This document shows, piece after piece, positions 13,040-24,299 of a stretch of DNA of 64,000 nt (positions are counted from its first letter, which is position 1; each line of letters opens with the position of its first letter). This DNA is from Octopus vulgaris (taxonomy: Eukaryota): the NCBI GenBank assembly GCA_951406725.2, contig OX597832.1, forward strand, positions 54,684,001 to 54,748,000. Reading direction: 5' to 3'. The position numbers and the translations under genes were made by a program. Under the pieces are notes generated by a model that saw only the letters and a program-made list of their open reading frames with translations, was not told where the DNA came from and did not search any database.

Positions 13040-13074
13040 GTTTCTGACGAAGAGCTCCGCTCGAAACGTTAAAC
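13040..13074 (+). ncRNA. Minimal type-I hammerhead-ribozyme-like motif within a (TA)n-anchored dispersed repeat (~12990-13180)
   Basis: GTTT CTGACGA A GAGC-TCC-GCTC GAAA CG TT AAAC: stem I GUUU/AAAC, canonical CUGANGA, stem II, GAAA, palindromic ACGU stem III. Confidence 0.7.
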
Positions 13075-13184
13075 CCTCCTTCTTTCCTTCTTTCCTGAGC
13101 GTCCAATAATACTATACATGTTCCACGTCTTCGCGTTGTTGTGTTTTCTCTTTGTGTTTTCATGTTTGGATTAACTTTATATAT

Positions 13185-13432
<248 letters not shown>

Positions 13433-13449
13433 TAACAGAAATATTGTTC

Positions 13450-14267
13450 CCCCCAGCTGGACGGGTCGCCACCCCTTCGCAGTGTTACTCAAGAAACCAG
13501 AAGAGAGAGTGAGAGAAAGTTGGAGCGAAAGAGTACAACAGGGGTCACGCCCCCCCCCCCTGCCGGAGGCTCGTGGAGCTTAGGTGCTTTTGCTCAATAA
13601 ACACACAACGCCCGGTCTGGGAATCGAAACCGCTATCCCCCAACCGCGAGTCCGCTGCCCTAACCACTGGGCCATTGCGCCTCCACTACTCTCTGTTATC
13701 ACTGTGATCACCGTGACCGACCAGGCTATCAGGTGCTGCTACACATCGCTGGTCACAATGCGCTTCGCATTGTTTTAGCCTTCAAATGACGCCAACCCGC
13801 TGGCTAAGCGAGCAGGCCAACAGAAGAAAGAGTGAGAGAAAGTTGTGGCGAAAGAGTACTGCAGGGATTGCCACCACCCCCTGCCGGAGCCTCGTGGAGC
13901 TTTTAGGTGTTTTCGCTCAATAAACACACACAACGCCCAGTCTGGGAATCGAAACCGCTATCCTCCGACCGCGAGTCAGCTGCCCTAACCACTGGGCCAT
14001 TGCGCCTCCACCAATAAATGCGCCCTTTTAAAGCCTATCCAGGCTCACAGGCCCGGTTTCCCGGTTTCTATAGCATACGTGTTCCCCAGCTGGACGGGAC
14101 GCCAGTCCATCGGAGCGTTACTCATTTTTGCCAGCTGAGTGGACTTGAGCAACTTGAAATGAAGTGTTTTGCTCAAGAAGAAAACGCGTCACTCAGTCCA
14201 GGAATCGTAACCACAATCTTACGATCATGGTGCTGACATCCTAACCACTAAGCCACGCGCCTCCACA
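13450..14267 (-). mobile_element. Cluster of three SINE-C-type tRNA-derived elements (about 13450-13687, 13700-14012, 14018-14267) with different 3' tails
   Basis: Minus-strand heads GTGGAGGCGCAATGGCCCAGTGGTTAGG...GGTTTCGATTCCC; bodies match the copies at 14701 and 52136. Confidence 0.88.
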
Positions 14268-14453
14268 CTATCTGTTATAGTGAGGCTTAATTTTTGTGAC
14301 CGGTCATATACGTCTCTGCTTTTATAGACGATAAATGACAGGTAAAGTCTTCACTTTTCGCCAGTCATTCGTAGTGTATGGGAATTAAAATGACTCCAAG
14401 CTAAATAGTGATCAAGCCAGTATCACACATTGCTGCTCGTTAACCTTTCGTTC

Positions 14454-14700
14454 GATATTCACCTGTCGGCGATATTTGATATTCATCTGAGAGAGATATA
14501 TGACTATGACATTCACCTGACAATGATATATAAGATTATCTTAGCTGGGATATTTTACGTTCACCTGGTAAAAATACGTGACATTCACCTAGTAAAGACA
14601 CGTAAGATTCACCTGATAAAAAGTACGTGACAGTTACCTGCTGAAAACGCGTAACATTCGCCGGTTAAAAGCGCATGGTATTCACTTGGTAAAGATATGT
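14454..14700 (+). repeat. Degenerate 24-bp minisatellite (consensus about GACATTCACCTGGTAAAGATATGT), ~10 units, continuing after the SINE at ~15027-15060
   Basis: Units can be phased at 24 bp by eye. Confidence 0.8.
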
Positions 14701-15018
14701 GGTGGAGGTGCAATGGCCCAGTGGTTAGGACAGCAGACTCGCGGTCGGAGGATCGCGGTTTCGATTCCCAGATCGGGCGTTTTGTGTGTTTATTGAGCGA
14801 AAACACCTAAAAGCTCCACGAGGCTCCGGCATGGGGTGGTGGTGAACCCTCTTGTACTCTTTCACCACAACTTTCTCTCACTCTCTCTTCCTGTTTCTTG
14901 AGTAACGCTGCGATGGGCTGGCGTCCCGTCCAGTTGGGTGGGGGGAACACATACGCCACAGAAACCACGAAACCGGGCCCATGAGCCTGGCTAGGCTTGA
15001 AAAGGACGAAAAAAAAAA
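14701..15018 (+). mobile_element. Full SINE-C with target-site duplication AAAGATATGTG
   Basis: A-box TGGCCCAGTGG, B-box GGTTTCGATTCCC, A-rich tail; TSD at 14691-14701 and ~15017-15027. Confidence 0.92.
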
Positions 15019-15292
15019 AGATATGTGACGGTCACATGACAGTGATAAGTGACGGAGATATTTTCAAACAAATAAAATAAAATATTTCAAGGAAATTAAA
15101 CAAATACAAGGAGTACTGGAACAGATTGTTCTCAAATTCAGTTAACTCACTTCTTTGACAAAGAAATTAGCAATATTCTATCACAGCGCTTTCAAATTTA
15201 CACCCCTAGCTGACGTTTAGTTTGATCTCTCGACTCACTTTCATGAAAAAATATATTTTTATTTTTCAATTTTCAAAATATTCTTTTGTTTT

Positions 15293-15659
15293 CAGCTCTA
15301 GGAACAAGGCCCGAAATTTTGGGGGAGGGAGCCAGTCGATTAGACCGACCCCAGTACGCAACTGGTACTTCATTTAGCGACCCCAAAAAGATGAACTCAG
15401 AACGTTGCGACAGACGAAATACCTATTTCCTTACTACCCACAATGGGCTAAACACAGAGAGGATAAACAAGGACAGACAAACGGATTAAGTCGATTATAT
15501 CGACCCCAGTGCGTAACTGGTACTTAATTTATCGACCCCGAAAGGATGAAAGACGAAGTCGACTAGGCTTACAAAGAATAAGTCCTGGGGTCGATTTGCT
15601 CGACTAAAGGCGGTGCTCCAGCATGGCCGCAGTCAACTGACTGAAACAAGTAAAAGAGA
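15293..15659. mobile_element. SINE-A (minus, 15293-15563) fused to a SINE-B tail (plus, 15563-15659)
   Basis: Junction GAAGTCGAC|TAGGCTTACAAAG. Confidence 0.85.
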
Positions 15660-16214
15660 TACTACTGAGGTTCCCCAGTCTACTATCTTGCCGAGCTGTC
15701 CCCACAAGATCTTATATGAATCATTGTTTTAAAGACTTTTACATAATAGGACTAATGGAGATGAAGTTTTCTCTCACACCTCTGCACGCAGTCTTCGCTG
15801 ACACCTCATATTTTTCCCTATATTTATTGTTAATACAGTCATTATAATGTATATTAAACTCTATATTCATTTTCTTCGTCTTACATTACAATAGGTTTTT
15901 ATTTTAGGCGTAATTGTCTCCTTTTGGTCCCCCCCCCCCCCAGATCTAGTTTCTGCACGGCAAAACGAGTTTGACATCTCTGAAAATGCCTCCTTAGTGT
16001 TCTCGATAAAAGCAGAGCGACACCTTGTAATGAAGCGAATATGGCAATGGTGATTAAGACTCGTGTGGGCGTTACGGACTTTCGCCATTGGCTTAAATGA
16101 CAAAAGCATTCATCACAGAGCATGTATTCAGTTACATTATTATTGTTTTTTAAATATCAATTTACAATTATCACAAAATATTCTCGTAGACATACTCGTA
16201 GACATATTCTTGTA

Positions 16215-16630
16215 GGCGCAGGAGTGGTTGTGTGGTAAGTAGCTTGTTTACCAACCACATGGTTCCGAGTTCAGTCCCACTGCGTGGCACCTTGGGCAAG
16301 TGTCTTCTACTATAGCCTCGGGCCGACCAAAGCCTTGTGAGTGGATTTGGTAGACGGAAACTGAAAAGAAGCCCGTCATATATATGTGTATATATATATA
16401 TGCGTGTGTGTGTTTGTGTGTCTGTGTTTGTCCCCCCTAGCATTGCTTGACAACCGATGCTGCTGTGTTTATGTCCCCGTTACTTAACGGTTCGGCAAAA
16501 GAGACCGATAGAATAAGTACTGGGCTTACAAAAAGAATAAGTCCCGGGGTCGAGTTGGTCGATTAAAGGTGGTGCTCCAGCATGGCCGCAGTCAAATGAC
16601 TGAAACAAGTAAAAGAGTAAAAGAGAGAGA
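16215..16630 (+). mobile_element. Full-length SINE-B
   Basis: Head GGCGCAGGAGTGG..GTGTGGTAAG, internal (TA)/(TG) tract, tail (GTAAAAGA)n. Confidence 0.94.
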
Positions 16631-17033
16631 GTATACTCATAAATGAGAAGCTCTGAAAGCGAGAACTGCACTTGACGGGTTCTTTATTTCATCGACCTCT
16701 TGAAGATAAACATCAAAATCAATGCTTACAGAACTTGAGAAGTGAAGGTACCTTAACACTAAAACGTACCCCTCTGGTCCTCCCACAGAATCTTCAACAC
16801 CACTATTTTATAAAATACTTCAGTTTTCGTACTGAAAGAATCGAGTAGGTATATAATCGATTGAACTGATACCAGTATATGACTGGTATCATTTATTGAT
16901 GTTTGACAGAAGAGGGGAGCTGAAGTAATCTATTTTCTTGCTGTTTCAGTCAGAGCAATAAAATCTAAAAGGAAAAAAAAATGTTCCTCGTCATTCCAAT
17001 TTGATTTTGCTTTCTTTTGTGTGCTATATTGCA

Positions 17034-17345
17034 GGCGTAGTAGTTAGGGTTTTCAGCTCGCGATCGTTTTTAGTCGCGAGTTCGACGCCTGGCGGTGAGC
17101 TGTATTTTTGAGCAAGACAATATTTCACGTTGCTCCAGTCTGTTCACCTGGCGAAAAAGAGATGTACCTGTAATTTCAAAAGGACCGACCTTGTCACATT
17201 CTGTGTCACGCTGAATCTTCTTCAGAACTACGTTAAGGGCACGCATGTTTATGGAGTACTCAGCCACTTCCGGGTTGATATCATGAGCAGACTGTTTCCT
17301 TGACCCGATCGGTTGGAACCCCCGTCGTCGTAACCGACGGAATGC
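17034..17345 (+). mobile_element. SINE-D (older tRNA-derived SINE with a TTGAGCAAGACA core)
   Basis: B-box GAGTTCGACGCC; body matches 50110-50300 (TTGTCACATTCTGTGT..CTGAATCT..AACTACGTTA). Confidence 0.75.
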
Positions 17346-17559
17346 TAGTTCTGCGGATCATCAGTTGGGGTTCGATCCCAGAAGGAGCGTATACGAAAAA
17401 TTGTGGTTCTCAGAGTTATCAACCCTAATGTTCATTTTATGACGAAAAGTCTTCCAGTTATGACCATCCAGGCATAATGCACCAATGACTACATTACCCA
17501 ATGACTTCTTTCCCTTTTAAAAATGTAAATTATGATTACGAGTTTATGTTCTTAGTTGA

Positions 17560-17915
17560 AATGCTGCCGGAGTTCGCTTTGTCTTTCATCTTTTTGTGGG
17601 GGTCGATAAAATAAGTGCCAGTTGAGCATTTTGGTCGACGTAATCGACTTCTCAGACCCTCCCCGAGATTGCTGGCCTTGTGCCAAAATCTGAAATCCTT
17701 ATGTGCGGCAGCGAGTTGGCAGAATCGTTACCGCGCCGGGCACCAATGCTTAGCGGCATTTCGTCCGCTTTTATATTCTGAGTTCAAATTTCGCATAGGT
17801 TGACTTTGCTTTTCATCCTTTAGAGGTCAATAAAATAAGTATCAGTTAAGTGCTGGAGTCGAGGTAATCGACTTACGTCCTTTCACCAAATTGCTGGCCG
17901 TGTGTCTGAATTTAA
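17560..17915 (+). mobile_element. Two diverged SINE-A relatives with the alternative 3' tail
   Basis: CTTTCATC..GGGGTCGATAAAATAAGT core; tail TTGCTGGCCTTGTGCC. Confidence 0.8.
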
Positions 17916-18024
17916 AACGAATATGTAAGTTACGATTTGAGGAAGATTTAGTTGCTGTTTCATGCAGGCTGAGAAACCACGCAGTGACTTCTTCGGTTCG
18001 TGTAAGCAATATAATATTGATTTC

Positions 18025-18312
18025 AACTTTTGGCCCAAGGCCAATCATTTCGAAGAAGGGGGTAAGTTGATTACATTCGACCTCAGTGCTTACTCTTTAC
18101 TCTTTACTCTTTTACTTGTTTCAGTCATTTGACTGCGGCCATGCTGGAGCACCGCCTTTAGTCGAGCACATCGACCCCAGGACTTATTCTTTGTAAGCCT
18201 AGTACTTATTCTATCGGTCTCTTTTGTCGAACCGCTAGGTTACGGGGATATAAACACACCAGCATCGGTTATCAAGCGATGTTGGGGGGACAAACACAGA
18301 CACAAACACACG

Positions 18313-18378
<66 letters not shown>

Positions 18379-18690
18379 CATATATACGTCGGGCTTCTTT
18401 CAGTTTCTGTCTACCAAATCCACTCACAAGGCTTTGGTCGGCCCGAGGCTATAGTAGAAGACACTTGCCCAAGGTGCCACGCAGTGGGACTGAACCCAGA
18501 ACCATGTGGTTGGTAAGCAAGCTACTTACCACACAGCCACACCTGCTTAACTGATATTTGTTTAATCGAACCTGAAAGGATAAAAGGTAAAATCGACCTC
18601 AGCGGAATTTGAACGCAGACCGTAAAGACGGACGGAATGACGCTACGTATTTTGCCTGACGTTTGAACGATTCTGCCACCTCGTCGCCTT
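18025..18690 (-). mobile_element. Old SINE-A split by a nested full SINE-B (18092-18545, minus)
   Basis: SINE-A tail on the left and head on the right; flanking duplication GTAAG.AATATAATATT at ~18002 and ~18691; TGCTTA flanks the inner SINE-B. Confidence 0.85.
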
Positions 18691-18790
18691 GTAAGAAATA
18701 TAATATTAAACGGTGGCTGTAGGGGAACTGTTCAATTCAGAAGTTTTCGGTAAATGCCTTGTGATGGGAAATCGCAATCTACTAAAAGGA

Positions 18791-19387
18791 TCTTTTCTAC
18801 TCTAGGCACAAGGTCCGAAATTTTGGGGGAGGGAGCCAACCGATTAGATCGACCCCAGTACTCAACTGGTACTTAATCCATCGACCCCGAAAGGAAAGGA
18901 TGAAAGGCAAAGTGGACCTCGGCGGAATTTGAACTCAGAACGTAGCGGCAGACGAATTACTTATTTCTTTACTACCCACAAGGGGCTATACACAGAGGGG
19001 ACAAACAAGGACAGACAAACGGATTAAGTTGATTATATCGATCCCAGTGCGTAACTGGTACTTAATTTAATCGACCCCGAAAGGATGAAAGGCAAGTTTG
19101 AAAGGCAAACTCGGCGGAGTTTGAACTCAGAACGTAGCGGCAGACGAAATGCCTATTTCTTTACTACCCACAAGGGGCTATACACAGAGGGGACAAACAA
19201 GGACAGACAAACGGATTAAGTCGATTATATCGATCCCAGTGCGTAGATGGTACTTAATTTAATCGACCCCGAAATGATGAAAAGCAAAGCCGACCTCGAC
19301 GGAATTTGAACTCAGAACGTAGCGGCAGACGACATACCACTAAGCATTTCGCCTGGCGTGCTAACGTTTCTGCCAGCTCACCGCCTT
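18791..19387 (-). mobile_element. SINE-A trimer with TSD AATCTACTAA
   Basis: Head at 19387, three bodies, alternative tail at the left; TSD at ~18776 and ~19388. Confidence 0.92.
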
Positions 19388-19774
19388 AATCTACTAAGAG
19401 CATAACGCAAAGCTGATTTAGCAAGCTAAATACCCAATAAGTACAGGAAAAGAAATTTTGTCTTGGTTTGACTAGCAAACCAGTAGATATCCTTATTTTT
19501 AGGTAGCCACAAATTCTGCTAAGCGTTGAGGGAGGTTTTGAGTGCTTATCGTGGCTTTAAATGGGGCGTGAACCGTAAACGATAATAGCCAACTTGTCTG
19601 GCTAAGATGAATTATTAGCCTTTTAAGAACCAATCCAGGTTATTTACGCACAATATTTTCTTTTGTTGTAGTAGATGGGTGGGGTGGGGAGCATAAGTGA
19701 CACGAGCAGTATATTACTGGTATCTATTGTATCCAATACGAGGTGAGGGATGGAGGGGGGCAGAGTCAAACTTT

Positions 19775-20512
<738 letters not shown>

Positions 20513-21094
20513 GACAATCTCGACAAAGTTTGAACTCAGTACGTAAAATGAAGACGAATCTAAATAATGCTAGTCATTTATTGTGATACCCTGTCTCCTT
20601 CGTATACCCTGTACCACCCTTAACGAAATGCAATTATAGAAAATGTGGAAGGAAAATGACAAACATATGGCAGCAGGAAATGGGTGGAGAAAGTCAGTCA
20701 AAGAATGATAGAGAAATTTTTATTTTGTCTTCGTCTTTTTCTTTTTTTTTCTCCCCTTCTTTTGTATTTGGGTTTTGCAATCCTTCGTGTGTGTTGTAAT
20801 TTAATAAATATTTTAGTTAACATGAAAAATATAGGTGATATTGATAGAGAGGGAGGAGATCTTGCAGAGTGGGTTGGGGGCGAAAGACTACAATTAAAGC
20901 TTATTTATGCTGAATGTTTCGGCGCATTCCTCTGCATGATACTTGGCTCCTACTTTAGAGCGAGGTCCTATGTACTTGGTGAGCGAATACCGCGCTCGTC
21001 CTAGATTCAATGGCGTTACGTGATTCACATATATTCCCTTTTCCACTGGGGATAGAAGCGTCAACCTAGCGTACGTTTACTTCAAGTGTGTGTA

Positions 21095-21117
21095 TAGATA
21101 GATAGATAGATAGATAG

Positions 21118-21157
<40 letters not shown>

Positions 21158-21203
21158 CGATAGATAGATAGATAGATAGATAAATAAATAGATAGATAGA
21201 TAG
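21095..21203. repeat. (GATA)n microsatellite
   Basis: Direct reading. Confidence 0.95.
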
Positions 21204-21719
21204 TTCAAAGACAGAAATTGAAATTCACGGGCTCCCTTATTCAAAATTGCTACAATTGTTTTAGTACATTGTCGTGATTATATATATATATAGAGAGAGA
21301 GGGGGGGGGATAAGAAAAAAATCAACGAAAATGCAGATTGTAAATAAAAAAAGGAAAGGTCTTTTATGAAAGGTAACGACAGATATATACATTTAGATGG
21401 ACTGAGGTAGTAATAAAAGTCATATAAGTCATTATTATGAGATGATTAAAAAGTTAGAAAAACAAAGCATACCATGGTTTCGTCATAAGCTATTCATTCC
21501 TTTGAATAAACACCGGCTAATGAACCATATATATATCATATATTATTTAATTATTGGTATTTAGACGTGAAAATATGGAATATTTCTTCCAGGCATAAAT
21601 TGCATTTTTATTCCCAATTATGTAAGGTTCTGTTCTGCTGTCGATTTCCCATTTTGCATTAAATCTGGTGTTTTTATCCTTTAGGGACCAAATAAACTTA
21701 GGTGGGTCTGTTTGGTCCC

Positions 21720-21788
21720 TATACATACATACATACATACATACATACATACATACATACATACATACATACATAAATACACACATAC

Positions 21789-21819
<31 letters not shown>

Positions 21820-21918
21820 CATACATACATACATACATACATACATACATACATACATACATACATACATACATACATACATACATACATACATACATAC
21901 ATACATACATACATACAT
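21720..21918. repeat. (TACA)n microsatellite
   Basis: Direct reading. Confidence 0.96.
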
Positions 21919-21919
21919 A

Positions 21920-22602
21920 AGACAGGTTTTCTCGCAGTTTTCATCCCCCAAATACAATCACTCACTAGGCTTTGATCAGCCCAGGGCTATAATAAAACAC
22001 AACTGTCCAAAGCGCCGCGCAAGGCCACGCAATGCGACACACCGGAAACCATACGTGGCTTCAAAGCGAGCTTGTATACCCTTTTACTCTTTTGACTTGT
22101 TTCAGTCATTTGACCTCGGCCATGCTGGAGCACGGCCTTGTAGTTGAACTAATTGACCCATGGTCTTAGTCTTTGTAAGCCTAGTACTTATTATGTCGGT
22201 TTCTTTTGCCGAACTGCTACGTTACGGAGACGTAAACACACCAACATCGGATGTCAAGCGAGGTTGGGGTTGGGGGACAAACACAGGCACATGATCACAT
22301 ACATATATACCTGATTCTTTACTACCTACAAGGGGCTAAACACAGACAGGACAAACAAGGACAGACAAACGAATTAAGTCGATTACATCGACCCCAGTGC
22401 GTAACTGGTACTTAATTTATCGACCCCGAAAAAAATGAAAGGCAAAGTCGACCTCGGCGGAATTTGAACTCAGTACGTAACGGCAGACGAAATACCGCTA
22501 AGCATTTCGCCCGGCGTGCTAACGTTTCTGCCAGCTCACCACATTCATATATACCATGTGGGTGGGAAACAAGCTTCTTACCACACAGCCACGCCTGCAC
22601 CT
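21920..22602 (-). mobile_element. Pile of SINE-B fragments with a nested full SINE-A (22315-22541)
   Basis: Old SINE-B head 21920-22070, tail 22083-22290, SINE-A monomer, SINE-B head 22550-22602. Confidence 0.8.
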
Positions 22603-23019
22603 ATATGAAAAATTCCCTTCGCGTAAATATTGCGTTTTCCAGCAAGAATCTCTTTTGTCTGTGAATTAATGTCTGAAACATCGTGAATACAGAGAAACTT
22701 TATCAAGTAGATCGATGCTGGTTCCACTTTTTTTTTTAACGACAGCATTGGAGAGAGAAAAATTTCTCAAATGTTTACTTACTTAATTAATTTTTCTTAT
22801 CAGGTGTCTTACAGAAGGAATATTGATAAAATATTTATCACTTAATTTCAACACGTCCGCACGAAGAGAGTTTTCTCGCCGTTGAATTATTGTACGACGT
22901 CATCGTGTCGTTCTGTTGTCGTATTAGAGTTTCTGTTTCAACATTATCGCCCGAGTTGGCAGTATTCGCGTCGTCTTCACAGCGGCGTCATGTCGACAAA
23001 GAAAACAAAATACCAGCCA

Positions 23020-23071
<52 letters not shown>

Positions 23072-23237
23072 GTATATACACCAACATATTTATATATATA
23101 TATGTCTTTATGTATATATAAGTATATATGTACATATATGTGTATGTATGTATATATGTGTGTGTATTTATATTATCTCTCTACATATGTACATATAAAT
23201 GTGTATATACGTATACGCGTTGAAAATATATCTTTCT

Positions 23238-23320
23238 CGGGGTCGAGTTGCTCGATTAAAGGCGGTGCTCCAGCATGGCCGCAGTCAAATGACTGAAACA
23301 AGTAAAAGAGAAAAGAGAGA
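23238..23320 (+). mobile_element. SINE-B 3' tail fragment
   Basis: GGGGTCGAGTTGCTCGATTAAAGGCGGTGCTCCAGCATGG... Confidence 0.88.
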
Positions 23321-23323
23321 GAA

Positions 23324-23386
<63 letters not shown>

Positions 23387-23409
23387 CATATATGTATGTG
23401 TATGTATGT

Positions 23410-23950
23410 AAAATATATAAGAATTTAAGAAAGAAAATGCACACACTTTACGTAGTTCTCATATAATTTTTAATATATCTTGTATTGTGTTTGTCGACCG
23501 GTTTCGCTTTCGCTATTCATGACATTAACATTTATTTAAATACGTATTTTCTTAAGAAGAATTTTTTGTCCGTGTTGTGTGAGGAGTTTACAAATGAACG
23601 ATTCAACAATTAGAAAAACCTAAGGGGAGGTAATTGTTTATAGTTATTATTGTGGACAGGGAATATAATTGTTCAGTTCAAAAACTAGAGTGGTAGGGAG
23701 AAATATGTACAGTAATGGGTATGTAATCGTGAATTAAAATATGTAAAGAGATCAAAGTTGGTTATGCGTGCATATTTAGATATGTGCTGTATTTTTCGAT
23801 GAAAAAATTTTCTTTATTTAAACGTTCTTCTAAAGAAATTGTATCTTTGCACTGGTAGAAGGGGAAAACTGTGAAATTTGGTTTGATGTTACCTGCACAT
23901 TTCTCTGTTTTCACTTAAAGGAATTTGTCTGTATTCCAATGTATCTTTTC
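23410..23950 (-). mobile_element. Penelope-like element fragment 1: GIY-YIG C-terminus plus 3' non-coding (pseudo-LTR) region ending at (TA)n
   Basis: Minus strand reads EYRQIPLSE / EKCAGNIKPNFTVFPFYQCKDTISLEERLNKENFFIEKYSTYLNMHA* (about 23935-23762), the R..KE..FI.K....LN ending typical of PLE endonucleases. A hammerhead lies downstream on the same strand. Confidence 0.8.
23486..23530 (-). ncRNA. Minimal type-I hammerhead ribozyme fold with A3-U8 core variant
   Basis: Minus strand: UGUU-AA-UGUC AUGAAUA GC-GAAA-GC GAAA CCGG UC GACA-AACA. Stem I is 4+4 bp, stem II has a GAAA loop, stem III is the palindrome ACCGGU, cleavage triplet GUC. Confidence 0.75.
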
Positions 23951-24299
23951 ATTTCGTACAAAGAAAAGTGGCAAAATGAAGGAAATATCTTCATTTATAT
24001 AGAAGATCAAAAATAAAATCACAGATGCAAAAGAAAAAAAGAAAAGAAACGAACACGCAACACTACCAGAAAAGTATTTAAAACAACCATCAACAGATAT
24101 GGATATATAAACGCCCTCGCGTAAGTTGCATAGCGCGTGCACACTTGCTCATACAAGCACCCGCGAAAATGTAAGCATACATTTGGTGCACTCACGATCA
24201 CAAAGTGAGGTAAATAGCTACTTAGTATTTATAAGAAGGGGTGGTTAGAGTTAAACTTAATTCATCCATACCTTAAAGTGAATTATGTAAACAGTTACA

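Noticed and set aside
14701-14775. tRNA-like sequences at SINE heads (also 7037, 16215, 49383, 52136)
   Set aside because: A and B boxes are present but I could not fold a full cloverleaf, and each continues into a multi-copy SINE body.
15665-15810. EVPQSTILP and VFADT peptides resembling CR1/L2 RT motifs
   Set aside because: Too short and degenerate to separate from chance without a profile search.
18279-18554. Recurrent short ORFs ending [37 protein letters not shown]
   Set aside because: Antisense translation of SINE-B; the recurrence reflects the repeat, not a gene family.
24130-24165. Possible degenerate hammerhead in the tail of Penelope fragment 2
   Set aside because: Needs several substitutions and loss of GAAA to fit; unsupported.
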